Assembly: GCA_964016885.1 (NCBI GenBank)
Contig: OZ024740.1
Coordinates: 300,762,001-300,826,000 of the forward strand
Source of the DNA: Eledone cirrhosa
Lineage: Eukaryota
Direction: 5' to 3'
Length of the DNA: 64,000 bases
Part shown: positions 39,124 through 53,290 of the stretch, piece by piece
Position numbering within the stretch: the stretch's first letter is position 1
How the letters are laid out: the number at the start of each line of letters is the position of its first letter
Translations under genes and position numbers: made by a program
Notes under the pieces: generated by a model
Databases searched by the model: none
The model's input: only the letters and a program-made list of their open reading frames with translations
Told to the model about the DNA's origin: nothing

Positions 39124-39720
39124 GTAAACACGCTTTTCCATCAGCTTCTTCGTCCTTTCCGATTTCCTTTCATTTGACTCTTTCGGAAATGCGAACTTCG
39201 CCTCCCTAAAGCACATTCATTTTTGAGCCAGGATTTTCATGGATTGTTTTGATCTGGACCTAGGTAATTTTACCAATGGGTTCCTTAAGGTGCACATCTA
39301 TCACGACCCTCCTTCGTTGATCTCATCTTCCTGATCTCCTCCAGAAAAATCGTTGGTCGCATCATGCCGTGGTCCTTTCCTGTGTTGAATGGCACTAAAA
39401 CTGAGACATCTAGTAATAAGCCTCGCTTATTGACCAAGTTGTAGCTGGTCATATTTCGGTGTCTTGCATTCGGTGCTGTACAGGTCCATATCTTATCCAG
39501 ACTCATCTTGAATAGGCTATTTACGTTGTAAAGCATTTTTGTCTCCGCCATGGTGATCAAACGTTCTCATTCTTCTCTCCGAGCGCGAAATGTCCCGCAC
39601 ATCGGTCACATTGTCCTCTCTTGCCCACATTTGCAAGGTTCCCATCACGAAGTCATGTGTCGATTTGGTGGTTAGAGATTGTTCCATGTCACCATAAATA
39701 TCCTCCACCATACACACACA

Positions 39721-39762
<42 letters not shown>

Positions 39763-39767
<5 letters not shown>

Positions 39768-40330
39768 AAACGAATGAAACGAAATTTCATTTCTCACTCT
39801 TAGTACAGCTGATACTTAAATATAAGTATGTATACATGCATACATATATGTATACAGACGTACAGTAGTATGTATATATATACATACACGCACACATATA
39901 TATACGTACGTATGGGTTTACTGAACATTTATTATAATATTCGGTTTGTCTGTAAACAGACAGCCCGAATTAAGCCGTACAGTGTTCGGCAACCATCGTT
40001 GCCCTTTTGTTCAACACTGACAAAGGAACGATGAACTAGTTTCAAGCTTATTAGCTATCGTCAGCATCGTATACCTCCCTGTCGGATGATTGAACGTTTG
40101 AAAGTATATACTTTCCTTATGCATATTAACGGCTGAGCAGCCTAATTTGCATATCGAATGAGTTAGTCGGCCGGGCGTACCGAAAATGATAAATGGAAAA
40201 GAATTAAACGAAATTTCATCTCTCACTCTTAGTATGGCTGATACTTAAATATAAGTATGTATACGTACATACATATATGTATACAGACGTACAATAGTAT
40301 GTATATTTATACATACATGCACACATATAT
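39763..40330 (-). repeat. ~140-bp direct repeats enclosing a hammerhead, probable tandem PLE pseudo-LTR remnant
   Basis: ATGGAAA..GAAATTTCAT.TCTCACTCTTAGTA..GCTGATACTTAAATATAAGTATG at about 39763-39900 and 40193-40330. Confidence 0.7.
40028..40070 (-). ncRNA. Minimal type I hammerhead ribozyme
   Basis: Minus strand ACGATG-CTGACGA-T-AGCT(AATA)AGCT-T-GAAA-CTAG-TT-CATCGT: 6-bp stem I, intact core, palindromic stem III (ACTAGT), GUU triplet. Confidence 0.82.
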
Positions 40331-40539
40331 TTCTCCAAAGATAGTTTGAATTTTATGAGATCTGTTTCTGTTTGAATGTGTTTTAGTGTTAAAGAGTGCA
40401 ACACTGTTTGAGGCGGAATAATTGCGCCGTATTGTTGTTGTGAGATGCGAGTATGATTTTTCTAGTGGGTGGATAGCACGGGACTTAAGTGTACTTCATA
40501 GATGACCACCACATCATTTGTGCAATGCTGATGGAATAT

Positions 40540-40960
40540 TTTCTACATCATGCACACAATGTAGCAGTTTTAGAGGCAGTTTTAGAGAGAGTAGAGTTTG
40601 TGCTTCTCTATTTGACACCAATATACAAGGACTGTCATGCCGTCTGCCCTTTTTGCAATTGACTTTTGGATTGTTTCTTTTTTCATAACATTTTGTTTCG
40701 TTGTGACCAGATCATAGTGGAATTCATTATTTAAAATGAGGACGAGAAAATGTAGAGAAGGGAAGGGTTGTGGTGTGGATATCTCTCCAGCGGAAAGTTC
40801 TGAGAATCCAGGCCATGTCAACTTTGTTGTTTATATGAGTTGCGCAGCTGAGGTATTTATCAACAATTACTCCAACGACTCTGGTGTTGTTGAATGCCAT
40901 GGCTGATTCACCTGAGTAAAGAGAATATGATAATTTTAGTGCATGCTCTTTTTCAAGATT
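40540..40960 (-). mobile_element. Old CR1-like LINE RT C-terminal fragment
   Basis: GVIVDKYLSCATHI..AWILRTFRWRD..FSRPHF and ETIQKSIAKRADGMTVLVYW..KLYSL. Confidence 0.7.
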
Positions 40961-41797
40961 TATAATGATAATCAGTGCTGATTGATCCACACAGTTGACC
41001 AATAATGGTTTAATCAGGCTGAAGCACTTCAGGTCATGGGTGCCACAAGGTATTACGACTATGGTATCAGGCGGAGTATCAATATTAAGATAAGAAAGAG
41101 AGACATTATCACGTATTTATCATTTCATTCCATTACATCATCCCTTTATGCATATGGTACTGACGGATCGTTATTCAACGATTATTTAATAAGATTCCCC
41201 CATAGAGGAAGTTCGAATGTATATAAAAATATTATTTGTTGTTGTTGATATGCCTGCTGTGGAAGATGTGCTTACATCTCAACATTCGGCAAGCTTATAT
41301 TGTACCAACTTTAATAGTGGCAGGTCGGAACACTTGGGGAGAATTATGATGGTGGTAGCAGTAATTGTTATATGTCAGTGTACTAAAGGGATTCATGTTA
41401 CTTAGTCTATGACCAATCATTCTGGTTCTTACAGGGTAATAAAACCGTTAATTGATTAATTTAATATCTTTATTGTCTAAACTCTAACGGATAATAACGA
41501 TCGTTATCCCATAATTGCCTCGGCCTTACAATACAAATAAGGGCAATACATTATGCTCATGTGTAGATTTAGAAACATATGTACGAATATACTTTTACCA
41601 CATATCATACAGATTCACACACACACACTTACACCCATAGCTGCATAAAACCACAATCACATACTGAGATAATAAATCTTTTCCTAGATGATGTCCAAAT
41701 TCCAATGAAAAGTTGTGTTTTTATGTTAGAAACCGATCCCTCTCGCTCCCTATATCTGTCTCTATCTCTCTCACCCTCTCTTTCTCTCTCTCTCTCT

Positions 41798-41836
<39 letters not shown>

Positions 41837-41844
<8 letters not shown>

Positions 41845-42022
41845 TGCTTTTGGCACAAGGCCAGCAATTATCGCTGTGTATTACTGGTACTTTATGTTAT
41901 CGAACCTGTAAGGATGAAAGGCAAAGTTAACCTCGGCGGGATTTGAACTCAGACCATAAAGGGCCGTAACTCTTTGCTGCAAAACATGGTGTCCGACCCT
42001 CTACCGATACTGCCAATCCACT
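41837..42022 (-). mobile_element. SINE, full length (a degenerate copy follows at about 42370-42500)
   Basis: Reverse complement of the SINE consensus. Confidence 0.9.
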
Positions 42023-42526
42023 ACATATAGAAATGGGAAGATTCATCGCTAGAATAGCCGTTAAAACAGCTAAATGCCGTCAAAGACTGTGATAGGCAAA
42101 AGACTCAGAGGACAGAGACCAGCAGCCAGTGGTCAGCAGAAAGACGGTCGACACTGGGGGTGACAGGCAGATGATATATAGAAAAGGTTTAAAAGGAGGA
42201 GGACAATGAGAATTGTGTTGGTGCATAGAAATGACAAGAAGAAAGAAATAAAGAAATGTGATGTAGAAGACATCTTCACCCTCATCAGCTCTCAAACAAG
42301 GCAAATCGTTTCACACAATTTATTTGAGAATACCATTTTAAAATGCTGGATCCTGCAACAGAAAGATAAATCTTTTATTGACCTAGTAAGAAGAAAAGGC
42401 AAAGCAAACCTCGGCGTGATTGTACTCAAAACGAAAAGGACTCTAACCTATGCCCCAAAGCATATTATTCAATGCTCTACCGAAACAGCTGATCCTACAC
42501 CTTTATAAAACAATAAAACCAGAAGA

Positions 42527-42559
<33 letters not shown>

Positions 42560-42561
<2 letters not shown>

Positions 42562-43118
42562 ATAACAAATTATCGTTAGAGGTAATATAGTAGAGGTGGT
42601 GAATACTCCGTATTGTGGATAGTTTGAACGTACGGCGTTGTTTGACTCAACAAGGGGTGTCCTCAGTTAGGTTGCGAGTTCTCGGGAATTCCTATGCAGG
42701 TTAATCTTGGAGTAATAATAGTGAAATAGTGAAGAATAACATGGTCAACAGTACAAAAAGGGTTTTATTTAGAGTATTAACAATTGTTTCATTGATTAGG
42801 TTGTCTAAAAATTGCTAATCACTTGAAGATGTGGCACTCAATTTTAAATACAATGTATGACTAATCAAATCTTCGGAAAACTGATTAAAATTATTCACTG
42901 CGTTTGTAATATACTAGGAAAATGTTCCTAGTATATTACAAACTGTGTGGATAATTTTAACGAGTTTTTCCGTTGCTTTGATTAGGCATACATTGTTTTT
43001 AAAATTGAGTGACACAAATTCAAATGATTAGCAATATTTAGACAACCTAATCAATGAAAGAATAGTTAATACTGTCAATAAAACCCCTTTTGTACTGTTG
43101 ACCATGTTAATCTTCACT
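42560..43118 (-). mobile_element. Hairpin-plus-tail element between (TA)n and (AG)n
   Basis: Imperfect ~193-bp arms 42728-42920 and 42925-43118, 4-nt loop, unpaired segment 42560-42727. Confidence 0.72.
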
Positions 43119-43119
43119 C

Positions 43120-43185
<66 letters not shown>

Positions 43186-43195
43186 GGGAGAGAGA

Positions 43196-43254
<59 letters not shown>

Positions 43255-44163
43255 GCATGCACAAATTTATATATTAATATTTGAACGGAAGTACTTGAAT
43301 TTGGCACGTTTAGAATTATATACACTCTAGCAGAAAAATCCACCTTCGGTGGTTTCTGCAAGTATGTGTAGTTTGCATATTGATATTATACACAAATATA
43401 TCTGCATGTGGATAGGATACGTCAAATAAAATCGTAATTGACAATATGCACAGAACTTGAAGAGGGGCTAGGTTACATTGTCTTCTGTAATCAGTAAAGT
43501 ATCCCATGATACATTAACAAAATACGTTATTATATATAAACGGCATTGTGGTGAAATGTAATGAAAACGAAAAAGGAGAAAATTAACGATGGAAATATAA
43601 ACGTTATGATATAACGATGCAAATATATGTACGTTTACATAAGCGATATGTGATATAGCGTCCGTTATATCATAACCGGAAGTATTCACATTTGAACATT
43701 TTAAAAGAAGTTAATCTTGAAATAAGCAATCATTATATGTAAGAATAGTTATTTCTAATCAATAGCTACGAAATTCAGTACATAAAGTATGTAATATTCA
43801 TTCATTATTTATTCAAAATAATCCAACTTATTTTACTAACGGGATAAACAAATATATTCAGGACACAGTCCCGCACTACTCTTTATTATATCATGATTCA
43901 TAGAAGTTTCGGTTACCTGTATAATGTATAAACATTCATCATATACGTCCGCTGCTTAGCTTCCAACATAATATATAAGAAAATGACCTAGCATCTTGTG
44001 CGCTAATAATATGCATATTATCTACGTCCATTTAAGTGAAAGTGTTAAATGCGATAATTTACATATGTCCCACTGTTGCATCATTTCTTTTAGTTTGTTG
44101 AGATTATATAGATATCTTCTGATGAGAACTGTCAAACATTTCTAAAATCACTTCGCTCATACA

Positions 44164-44275
<112 letters not shown>

Positions 44276-46219
44276 TGTCACAATTCAATATAAACTTTGT
44301 AGACTTCCTAGGCGCTACACTGAACACTAGACTTCAATTCCCGATCGGTTCGGAAAAATGTTTTCTTCAATTTGTCATCGTCTGGGACAGTTGAATTATA
44401 TGTAATCGTATTTCACAAGCTGCGCCACGATTATCGTTAAACATCGCACATGACAGTGAATTTGGAATTAAAAGATTTTAGTTACTTTTTTTCTAAAAAC
44501 ATTATGCTACGGGATATTGCTGAAGTATTATGTATGCTCGTACAATCAAGAGATGGCGTAATGAGAATCTATGTATTTAATGCTCACATTTGATGATTCG
44601 TCGCGAACAGTTGCGATTAGATAGACACTTCCTTTCACTTTCATCAGGAAAAATACTCAGTCATTTGAGTTGCACCTTTTACATAATTATTAGTGATGTA
44701 ATTCATACGTGATATAGTTATTTGTTTATGAGTCATTATACACGCGAATATATTGAGATTCTAAGTAATTATTGTTGTTTTGAAAATCTAATTCTTAACT
44801 AATTAGCTTTCTTATTCCTTATTCGTTGGACCCTTAACTCCATATATTTTGTTAGGGATGTTATAATAATACACTTGGACATTTAAAAGCTGGTGGAGAC
44901 CATTCATCTCTAGGTCTGAAGCCAGCCAATTTCTCCAGAGAAGAGGAGTGAGAATGACAGAAAGGAAGTGAAATATATAGTGGAAAAATCGTCACCAGTA
45001 CTAAAGCTCTATATTCTTCATCTACTTCGAACCGATACATGGAAATATGAATCCTCACACATACACAATATTAGGGAAAAAGAGATAAATCAAAATAAAA
45101 TAAGCCAATAACGCAGATTTTATTTTTAAAATGATATGCAATGAGTTATGACTCAAATTTGAATTAAATCGACAGCCCAACCATAATTATATGCATCAAA
45201 TATTGCGCAGGTTTAAGATGATGAAACAAACTAATATTTTATCTGGAGATTAATACCACTTTCAAGCAAAGAACTCCGAACGTAAACGTGTAGAGTCCCC
45301 AAGTATAACTGCAGAGGGTAGGTTCAGCGGAAACCATCTCTAAATTATGCGGTAACAAATCGTATTGCTAACGGTCTAACATTAAGTTTCCAGTCAGTTG
45401 GATTGTCTGCGAAATCTACCGGATTACCGTTGATGTAATTTTCGAAGAACAGTCTACATTGACTGACACCCTATTGTCTTCGATATGCATCTTATCGAGT
45501 ATCGTTATTTCAGAGAACATGACTGAGGTGGGCAGTGGGCTGATCCCCAACTAACCTAAATTGGCTTAAATAGATTGCGCTTATTACCTCTACTGGTCAC
45601 ATTCCTCACCATCATCCCTGGCATTGCACTGGCTCCACCAGATAGAGTTGGCTGTGAAGTGCTATAACTGATGCAATGCTTGGATTGCACTCTCCTAAAG
45701 AGCATATCCTTGTGGCGGGGCACCGCGTCTGCAACCAATCTGATGAAACATTGGGGAAGTTATCGCTGGAGACGCGTCAATTTTGCCAGCAGTTATAACG
45801 GAGTATCGAACTCCATATATATCGTATTCTGGTCGAGTAGGATAAAAGGCAGCTAACAATGAATTCTGAGAAATGAAAGAAGCTATATTTAACAGCTTGT
45901 GGTTGGAGTCAGACTAAAACAAATTTTATGAAATATCGAAGAGCGTCGATAATCTGAAATCCAAACGCAATAAATACTTGTAGCAAAAAGCGAGTCCTAT
46001 AAATGACAGCTTTCGAAATCTGATAAAATAGTTTGTAGGTGTATTTTACCCCCCCCTCCCATGTTCTCCCCCTTCCATGTACACACAAACACACAATATA
46101 TATATTTATATATACATACATGCACACAACCAAACGCACACTCCCATTCACACACTCACACATACACATACTCCACCCCATATATATATATATGTGTGTG
46201 TGTGTGTGTTTTGGTGTGG

Positions 46220-46308
<89 letters not shown>

Positions 46309-46808
46309 TAGAGATAGTGAGAGAGAGAGAGAGAAAGAGAGAGACATATATAAACGTGTGTTTGTGTCTGTATTCATTCGTTGCAACCTATAAACTCTTT
46401 CATTCCTCGCATTGATATGATCTTATTAGTGAACCATACTTCAGTCTATGACCAGATTATTTAAAAAATAAAATCAATCCTCGGTGCATTAATGAGTAGT
46501 AGTATTTCTTTGATAATGGCTAATTAGTTGGTTCTGATGGTTCTTTGAAATATGAAACTGTTTAAGAAAGACATCGTTTTTTCAGTATGTAAGCAAAACT
46601 ATTTGTAAACATATTGAAATATAAATAATCTCCAATTCTTTGATGGTTTCTTATATATCTATGCATTACTCATTTGTCTATTCTACAATCATACTCAAAA
46701 TCCGCGAGATATATATCTATTGTCATGCAAAATTTCATGATGTATTAATGTCTTCAGTATCATATGTGTGAATCACATAAAAGCCAGAATGAATGTATTG
46801 TTAATAAT

Positions 46809-46977
46809 TGTTTCTACTGTAGACACAAGGCCAGCAATTACCCGGTGCATTACAGGTACTTTATTTTATCGACACCGTAAGGATGAAAGGCAAAGTTTAA
46901 CCTCGGTGGAATTTGAACTCAGATCGTAAAGGGACGTAACTATGCTGGAAAGCATGGCGTCCGACCCTCTACCGAAA
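46809..46977 (-). mobile_element. SINE with 14-bp TSD
   Basis: GTATTGTTAATAAT at 46795-46808 and 46978-46991. Confidence 0.9.
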
Positions 46978-47110
46978 GTATTGTTAATAATGTTTACAGA
47001 TTTATATAGTAACCTCTTCTTTCTTCTTTTCACGAAAATACGAACAAAGATGTACACGCACACTAACAGGCATATATATACACACGCCCATGCACACACA
47101 AGCATACACC

Positions 47111-47180
<70 letters not shown>

Positions 47181-47186
<6 letters not shown>

Positions 47187-47429
47187 AACAAGATGGCGTA
47201 GGACAGAAGAAAGGAGAGGCACAAAAACAAAGAAAAGAATCCCCAGTCACTGAAGAGGTCACAGAATGTGTGACGAAAGAACTTTGACAATATATAAACA
47301 ACCATCTGGTTGTGGAACCAACCAACCGGAAATTTAAAAATTCCTAAATTTATAAATTTATTATAATAAATTGAAGTGAAACAACTGGTGCGTGTGTTTC
47401 TTATTGGCAACATGACCCTCCCAAAGTAT

Positions 47430-47434
<5 letters not shown>
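47181..47434 (+). mobile_element. Solo PLE family 1 terminal repeat with intact hammerhead (47246-47288) and no tail
   Basis: Matches 36822-37082 and is flanked by (TA)n on both sides. Confidence 0.9.
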
Positions 47435-47473
<39 letters not shown>

Positions 47474-47821
47474 ATATTCATAAGCTGGCCTCTTGAACCA
47501 TGAGTGTCCATACAATCAGTGAAAGATTTAATGTTAAAATATAAAGCGTTGTGTATTGAATGCATAGGCGTACGAAACCAACAAGTGCACAACATAGATG
47601 TAATCTGATTCTTATTTCGAAAGCTGATCGAGAATCTTCACATAATTATTTTCTTCCCTATAAACCCAACCTCATACAAAATTTCCTCAAACAAGAAAAA
47701 GGCCGATCACAGGGTTTTCTCATGACGATTATCTATCTGCCGACCATGCGCGAAACAGACTAATTACATACTCTGCACGAGATAAAAACCTGGTACTTAA
47801 ACATTATTAAAATACTCGCTA

Positions 47822-48040
47822 GGGCGGTGGATTGGCAGTATCGGTAGAGGGTCGGACGCCATGCTTTGCAGTATAGAGTTACGGCTCTTTATGATCTGAA
47901 CTCAAATCCCGCCGAGGTTAACTTTGCCCTTCATCCTTATGGGGTCGATAAAATAAAGTACCAGTCACACACTGGGGTCGATTTAATCGACCTTCCCCTC
48001 CCCCCACATTACTGGCCTTGTGCATATATAAGAAACCATT
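47822..48040 (+). mobile_element. SINE, full length, longer subfamily, ~19-bp TSD
   Basis: CATTATTAAAATACT(C/A)GCT on both sides; extra GGGGTCGATTTAATCGAC hairpin. Confidence 0.92.
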
Positions 48041-48103
48041 ATTAAAATACTAGCTCTCCCTTTCACTCTCTCTCTTATCTTTCTCTCTTTCTCTCTATCT
48101 CTC

Positions 48104-48140
<37 letters not shown>

Positions 48141-48300
48141 GTTATTCCGGGTTGAATCGGAGGTAACCACAGTAAGTAAGGTACTCAATACATTGCAGAG
48201 TATAAAAGTTTTAATATAGATGAGATTCTACAGGACTAGAACTGTTTCATTCTTTAGAAATCATCTAAAGAATGAAACAGTTCTAGTCCTGTAGAATCTC
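48141..48300 (-). mobile_element. Short hairpin-plus-tail element
   Basis: Perfect 37-bp arms 48222-48258 and 48264-48300, with an ~80-bp tail at 48141-48221. Flanked by (TA)n and (TC)n. Confidence 0.72.
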
Positions 48301-48301
48301 T

Positions 48302-48336
<35 letters not shown>

Positions 48337-49002
48337 GTGTGTGTTTGTGTATATGTGTGCGTGTGTTTATGGGTGTGTGTGTGTGCGCGTGTGTGTGTGT
48401 AAGAATGTTACACATGATACTGTGTTAACTAGCTGCGGAAATTTCGTGCGCAATTCATTTAAATTGTGGATAAGTACCCCATGGTTTCAACCGCACCTCC
48501 TCACACTTTATGTTTTAATAATCAACTGTCCACCATGAAATGTCGACAAATGTAGATTGTTTGTGAGAGAGCTGGAAATAAATAGGAGGATGGAAAGAAC
48601 AGTAGGAAGAAAGGGACACACTAATGGTAACAACCTTCTCGCTGTGCACTCCTGACGTGTTATCCTGTTGAACAGATTAGAGTTGTGTGTGTCAACTAGT
48701 AGAGTGTGGAATGTATATTGTCAGTAAACTCATAGTTGGTTGGAAAGATTTTAAAGTATACTATCATTACGGAACGCTCCGCTGAGGTGACCTCGAATCT
48801 GGAGGTATTTTCCAGCATGCAAATAGGTACATTCTAAAAGGAAAACAAAGTACTCCTTTTTTGCGTTTGAAATCGAAATCTCTATTGATTAATCTTTTCT
48901 TGACATCGGCCTCATGCACGAGGGAATTGCTTTGATATTTGAAGTAAAAGACTACAATATGACAATAATATACACATTAACAAAAATACTAATTGGAACA
49001 AT

Positions 49003-49745
49003 TATCCTTTGCGGGTCTTTATATATCGGACAAACGGGACGCCGTATGGCGGACCGGTTTGCCGAACATTTAAGGGACATACGACTAGGTGTGGATACTC
49101 CTGTCGCCCGTAATTTCTGTTCTCCTGGTCATTTTTCCCTACATGTTTCAGTCCTGGGGGTCCGTTTACATCATGGATCACAGGCCTCGCGCACCAGGAC
49201 TGAACAAAATCTGATTCACCGTCTTGGGTCCTATTCTCCTCTTGGACTCAACTCACCTCCCCAATTTCTCTAATACCCCGTCCATTATCACACCCCTAGA
49301 TTCCTATCGCTTTCTCTTTGCTCATAGCTCATACTTACATGCACACACACTCTTTTACTCACATATACCCACATATCTCTTCTTAGCTTCGTACGGGCCT
49401 ATAATAACACACACACACACGAACTCATGCTTACACACGTGCTCAAGTATAGCTCTTTTTACAAAACGTTTTTTTTTTCCATTTCAGGTAGACGCGCGCC
49501 ATCATCCACTTTTCTAAAAAACAAATCATACACAAAACGCCAGCGCCAACAGTATTGCAAGTGATGTCAACGTGAAAGGACCTATTATTTTTATCTAAAG
49601 ACATTTTTTCCAATTACATCCCGCCCGTCCCCTTAATCTATGTTATTTCTCATTCTTTCTTCTGATGAAGGACTAGCGTTAAGACCCTCTTCCTGCTATA
49701 TCAAGCGTTAACCTAATATATACCTTACATATACTGTATCGATTG
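49003..49745 (+). mobile_element. PLE 3' fragment: GIY-YIG C-terminal half plus 3' region
   Basis: LCGSLYIGQTGRRMADRFAEHLRDI..PVARNF..EQNLIHRLGSYSPLGLN. A partial hammerhead core TCTT-CTGATGA near 49658-49668 lacks GAAA. Confidence 0.8.
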
Positions 49746-49768
49746 TGTTGTTATTTCCGTTTACCTTT

Positions 49769-50015
<247 letters not shown>

Positions 50016-50093
50016 CGATTAATATATATATAAAGTAAAAGTGGATATATATATACATTTATAAATATATATAATTTATACATATATATAAAT

Positions 50094-50310
50094 TAATAAT
50101 TACTTAACGTCGTCGTGGGTGGAGAATATACATTCTGTGCATCGTGTAGAACACGTTCATAAAGTAAGGTGGGAGTCTTATATATATACATATATAAGAT
50201 TCCCACCTTATATATATACATATATAAGATTCCCACCTTACTTTATGAACGTGTTATACACGATGCACAGAATTATATTCTCCACTCATAACGGCGTTCA
50301 TTAATTATTA
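50094..50310. repeat. Foldback palindrome with central 30-bp tandem duplication
   Basis: Arms at about 50094-50186 and 50220-50310; 50181-50210 is repeated at 50211-50240. Confidence 0.85.
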
Positions 50311-52666
50311 AATTTTCGTTTCTATGAAATTGCTTTGAACGCAATACATTGACAAATATATCTTGTAGTTAATTTTACATTAGTAGACACATCAACAATT
50401 ACTTTAACTTGAATTCTGTTACCCAGTCTAAAGGTAGATGTACACTATATATTTAACGCCTTGTTGTTAAATGTACAATGTTGCTATACAAATCTGTTCT
50501 AAATCTGTTCTATTCGGATTTGTTTAATTATTTGATAGACAAATGACACTGTCGTGATATTACGTTAGATAACTCTGTTCAAACGATTTTACTGTTATTA
50601 ATTTTAGACACGACATTAAAGAACGAATATTACCGATTCTTTATTCAATGGAATTCCTTCATGTCGAGATTAAATTTCGGAAGGAATAATTTTCTCATTA
50701 ATATGATATAGACGTATTGATGTTCCTTTAATTCCTTGTGAAAATTTCATTTCGACATTCGACCTTCGATGGCAAGATGTCAATCGGATTTTATGACTGT
50801 CTATTTCATGTTGTAAAAACCTTGGCAGAACTTTGTCAATGAAATATATTACACAGTCAGTGTAATTTTCCAATTTGCTGCATAATAAGTTCAGTTAGTA
50901 AGAGAGTAGCTCAATATAAGTAATCATATATTCAGCCGTGTGCTTGGTTGTAAATATTAACGATGATACACTTTATATTAAAATACTGATATCAGAAAGA
51001 TAACTTGAAAGAGCCTGCAATATATTCAAAGGAGATGGATGTAGTTTTCGGCGCTATGAATTCTATGAATTGAAGAAAATGAAGTAACTGGCTTCAGATA
51101 TACCATTCACAGCGCGTTTTATTACTTCCCATACATAAGAATCCCATTCGTTAGATTTCGTAAACAATTTTGGCTATATGTCTCACATTGTTGTTTGTTG
51201 AAGTGTCAGTAATATTGGGATATTAGAATAACAAGTATAACGACAACGAAGACAAAACTACGACTACAACACAAACACATTTTTAAAAACGGAACTCCAT
51301 ATTGAATGTGTTCAATGTAAAGAGACAAATATTGATGACTTCAATCATCAAAGTAAGAATTGGAAAGACGTCAGGTAATTCTTCTTAAACCATCAATTTG
51401 CTCAGCTGACCAGTCGTTCAAATAGACACAAAGGTGGGGTTTAAGAGTCAATTGATGTGGTTATGTGTGCTAATATAGCAACTTCATTTATTTAGCTAAT
51501 GCGGTCTTTGAACAACGCCTTTGAGGCATACTTACCAGCAACATTCTGCGGAATATCAAACAAGATATAAATATTAGGATATTAATGGATTTACAAATAA
51601 TGATAATCTATGTATTCAACGAGTCGCCTATCAATATGGAAGAAAAAAATGTTAGTTTATTTCTTTTCAGGAAATAATTGTTTGTTTTATATTCATCTTC
51701 AAGAAACAAATTCAGATATTATGCCATGGTATATATAATATGTATTACGTCTCGCCAGTATGTTTCGATATCAATTTCTCTAGGTTGTAAAAGCTTCACC
51801 TGATGCAATTCTGTGACTATATTACGCAATCTAATTCATTTCGAGAAAACATAAATTAGTAAGTATACGGTTTATTATCCTCTAGACTTTGTGCAGTATT
51901 ATATCTATTCTGGGCTATGTTCTCCTGAATGTAAACATGCGTACACGGTTGGATAATAAACCGAGAAAATCAAATTTAATCAAATAGATCATATTTTGCT
52001 CAATTATATAGTTACGTAGAAGTTAATTAGTTATAGATTAATGCATCCTAATTATTTAGTTTATAGAAGAATAATGTAAACAGCCGTTTCCAGTCAGTGT
52101 ACTTTGTTGATGTGAGTTATGTTTATCTTGAAATTCGAGTTCCGTTGAATAGAGAACAAATTAACTCATGAAATAAATATGGAGATTGAAGTAATTAGCA
52201 AAGTATTTAATACGGTAAATTAAGGATGTTGCTGCTGTTGAGTTCTGAGAGTAGTGGTATAGAACTAGAAGCATCAGGAGAGCACAGTCGTTTATGCCAG
52301 CAAACTGGCATATACCTTCCGGGGTACTCAGAGTTCCCCGAAACAAGCTGATCTTATAGTTGTATCGTTTGCCAGCCAACATGGAAATTATGTCACCGGC
52401 TGTGATAATACTATTGATCTATTTTAACACTGACTTCTTTTGAAACATGTATTTGCGCGTACACACAACACACTTCCGCACACACACGCAGCATCCTTAC
52501 ATGTGTACCTGCACATGTATAACCAGGTATATGCGGACATAAACATATACATATATACACATGTATGTGTATATATCCTAATATATACTCACATACATAC
52601 ACACACGCTCATATGTCTGAGGGTGTACACGCACATACAGGCTCACATATGTACATCTTATTTTCG

Positions 52667-53290
52667 CTCATTTATTCCTGAGGAGTCATGGAGGCAGAGT
52701 CCTCAAACACTCCTTCTATCAGGTCCTGTCAGGAAAAACACGTTTCCAACTGATCCGGATGCATCCCTAGGCGAGATTAGACAAGCGCCTGGTTGTTGTA
52801 CAAACATCTGGCTCGGGTCTACACCTGGGTTTCCTGTCGGTTGGTTTTGCCCGAAAAATCTGTCTAGCGATACTTTTCGTAGACATTCTAACCACATGCC
52901 CTTAGTATCGAACCTATAATCTCACAGTTAGGAGAAGTAGCGGTTCTACCTGGAGTGAGTCTCTGACCTCCGAGTTACGCATTCTTTTAGGGAAGCACGC
53001 CCAGTGCATCCTAGATATGAGCAAAGTTAAACTGAAGCATGTGGAGAATTTCATGTAACTCGGGGCGTTGGTAACGAGTGATAGAAGGCAGGAGACAGAA
53101 TTAAATGTAAACATTGCAGGAGCTTGTGCAGTAATGCGCCAGCTTTAGCATTCGTTCATCAGAAATAGGGATGTAGTTTTAAAAGCCAAACTCGTTATCT
53201 TCAATTCGGTTATTACCAAAGGTCATGAATTTTGTGTAATACACGAAAGTATACGATTGCAAATACAAGAGAGCGAACTGAGATATATAC
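52667..53290 (-). mobile_element. RTE-clade LINE fragment with inverted 5' part
   Basis: Minus strand 52985 to 52667 reads MRNSEVRDSLQVEPLLL..GHVVRM..RKPR; plus strand 52986-53290 reads LKHVENF.LG..TSD..KAKLVIFNS..IQESELRY. Confidence 0.75.

Noticed and set aside
44115-44150. CTGATGA as a hammerhead core
   Set aside because: No GAAA and no convincing stems.
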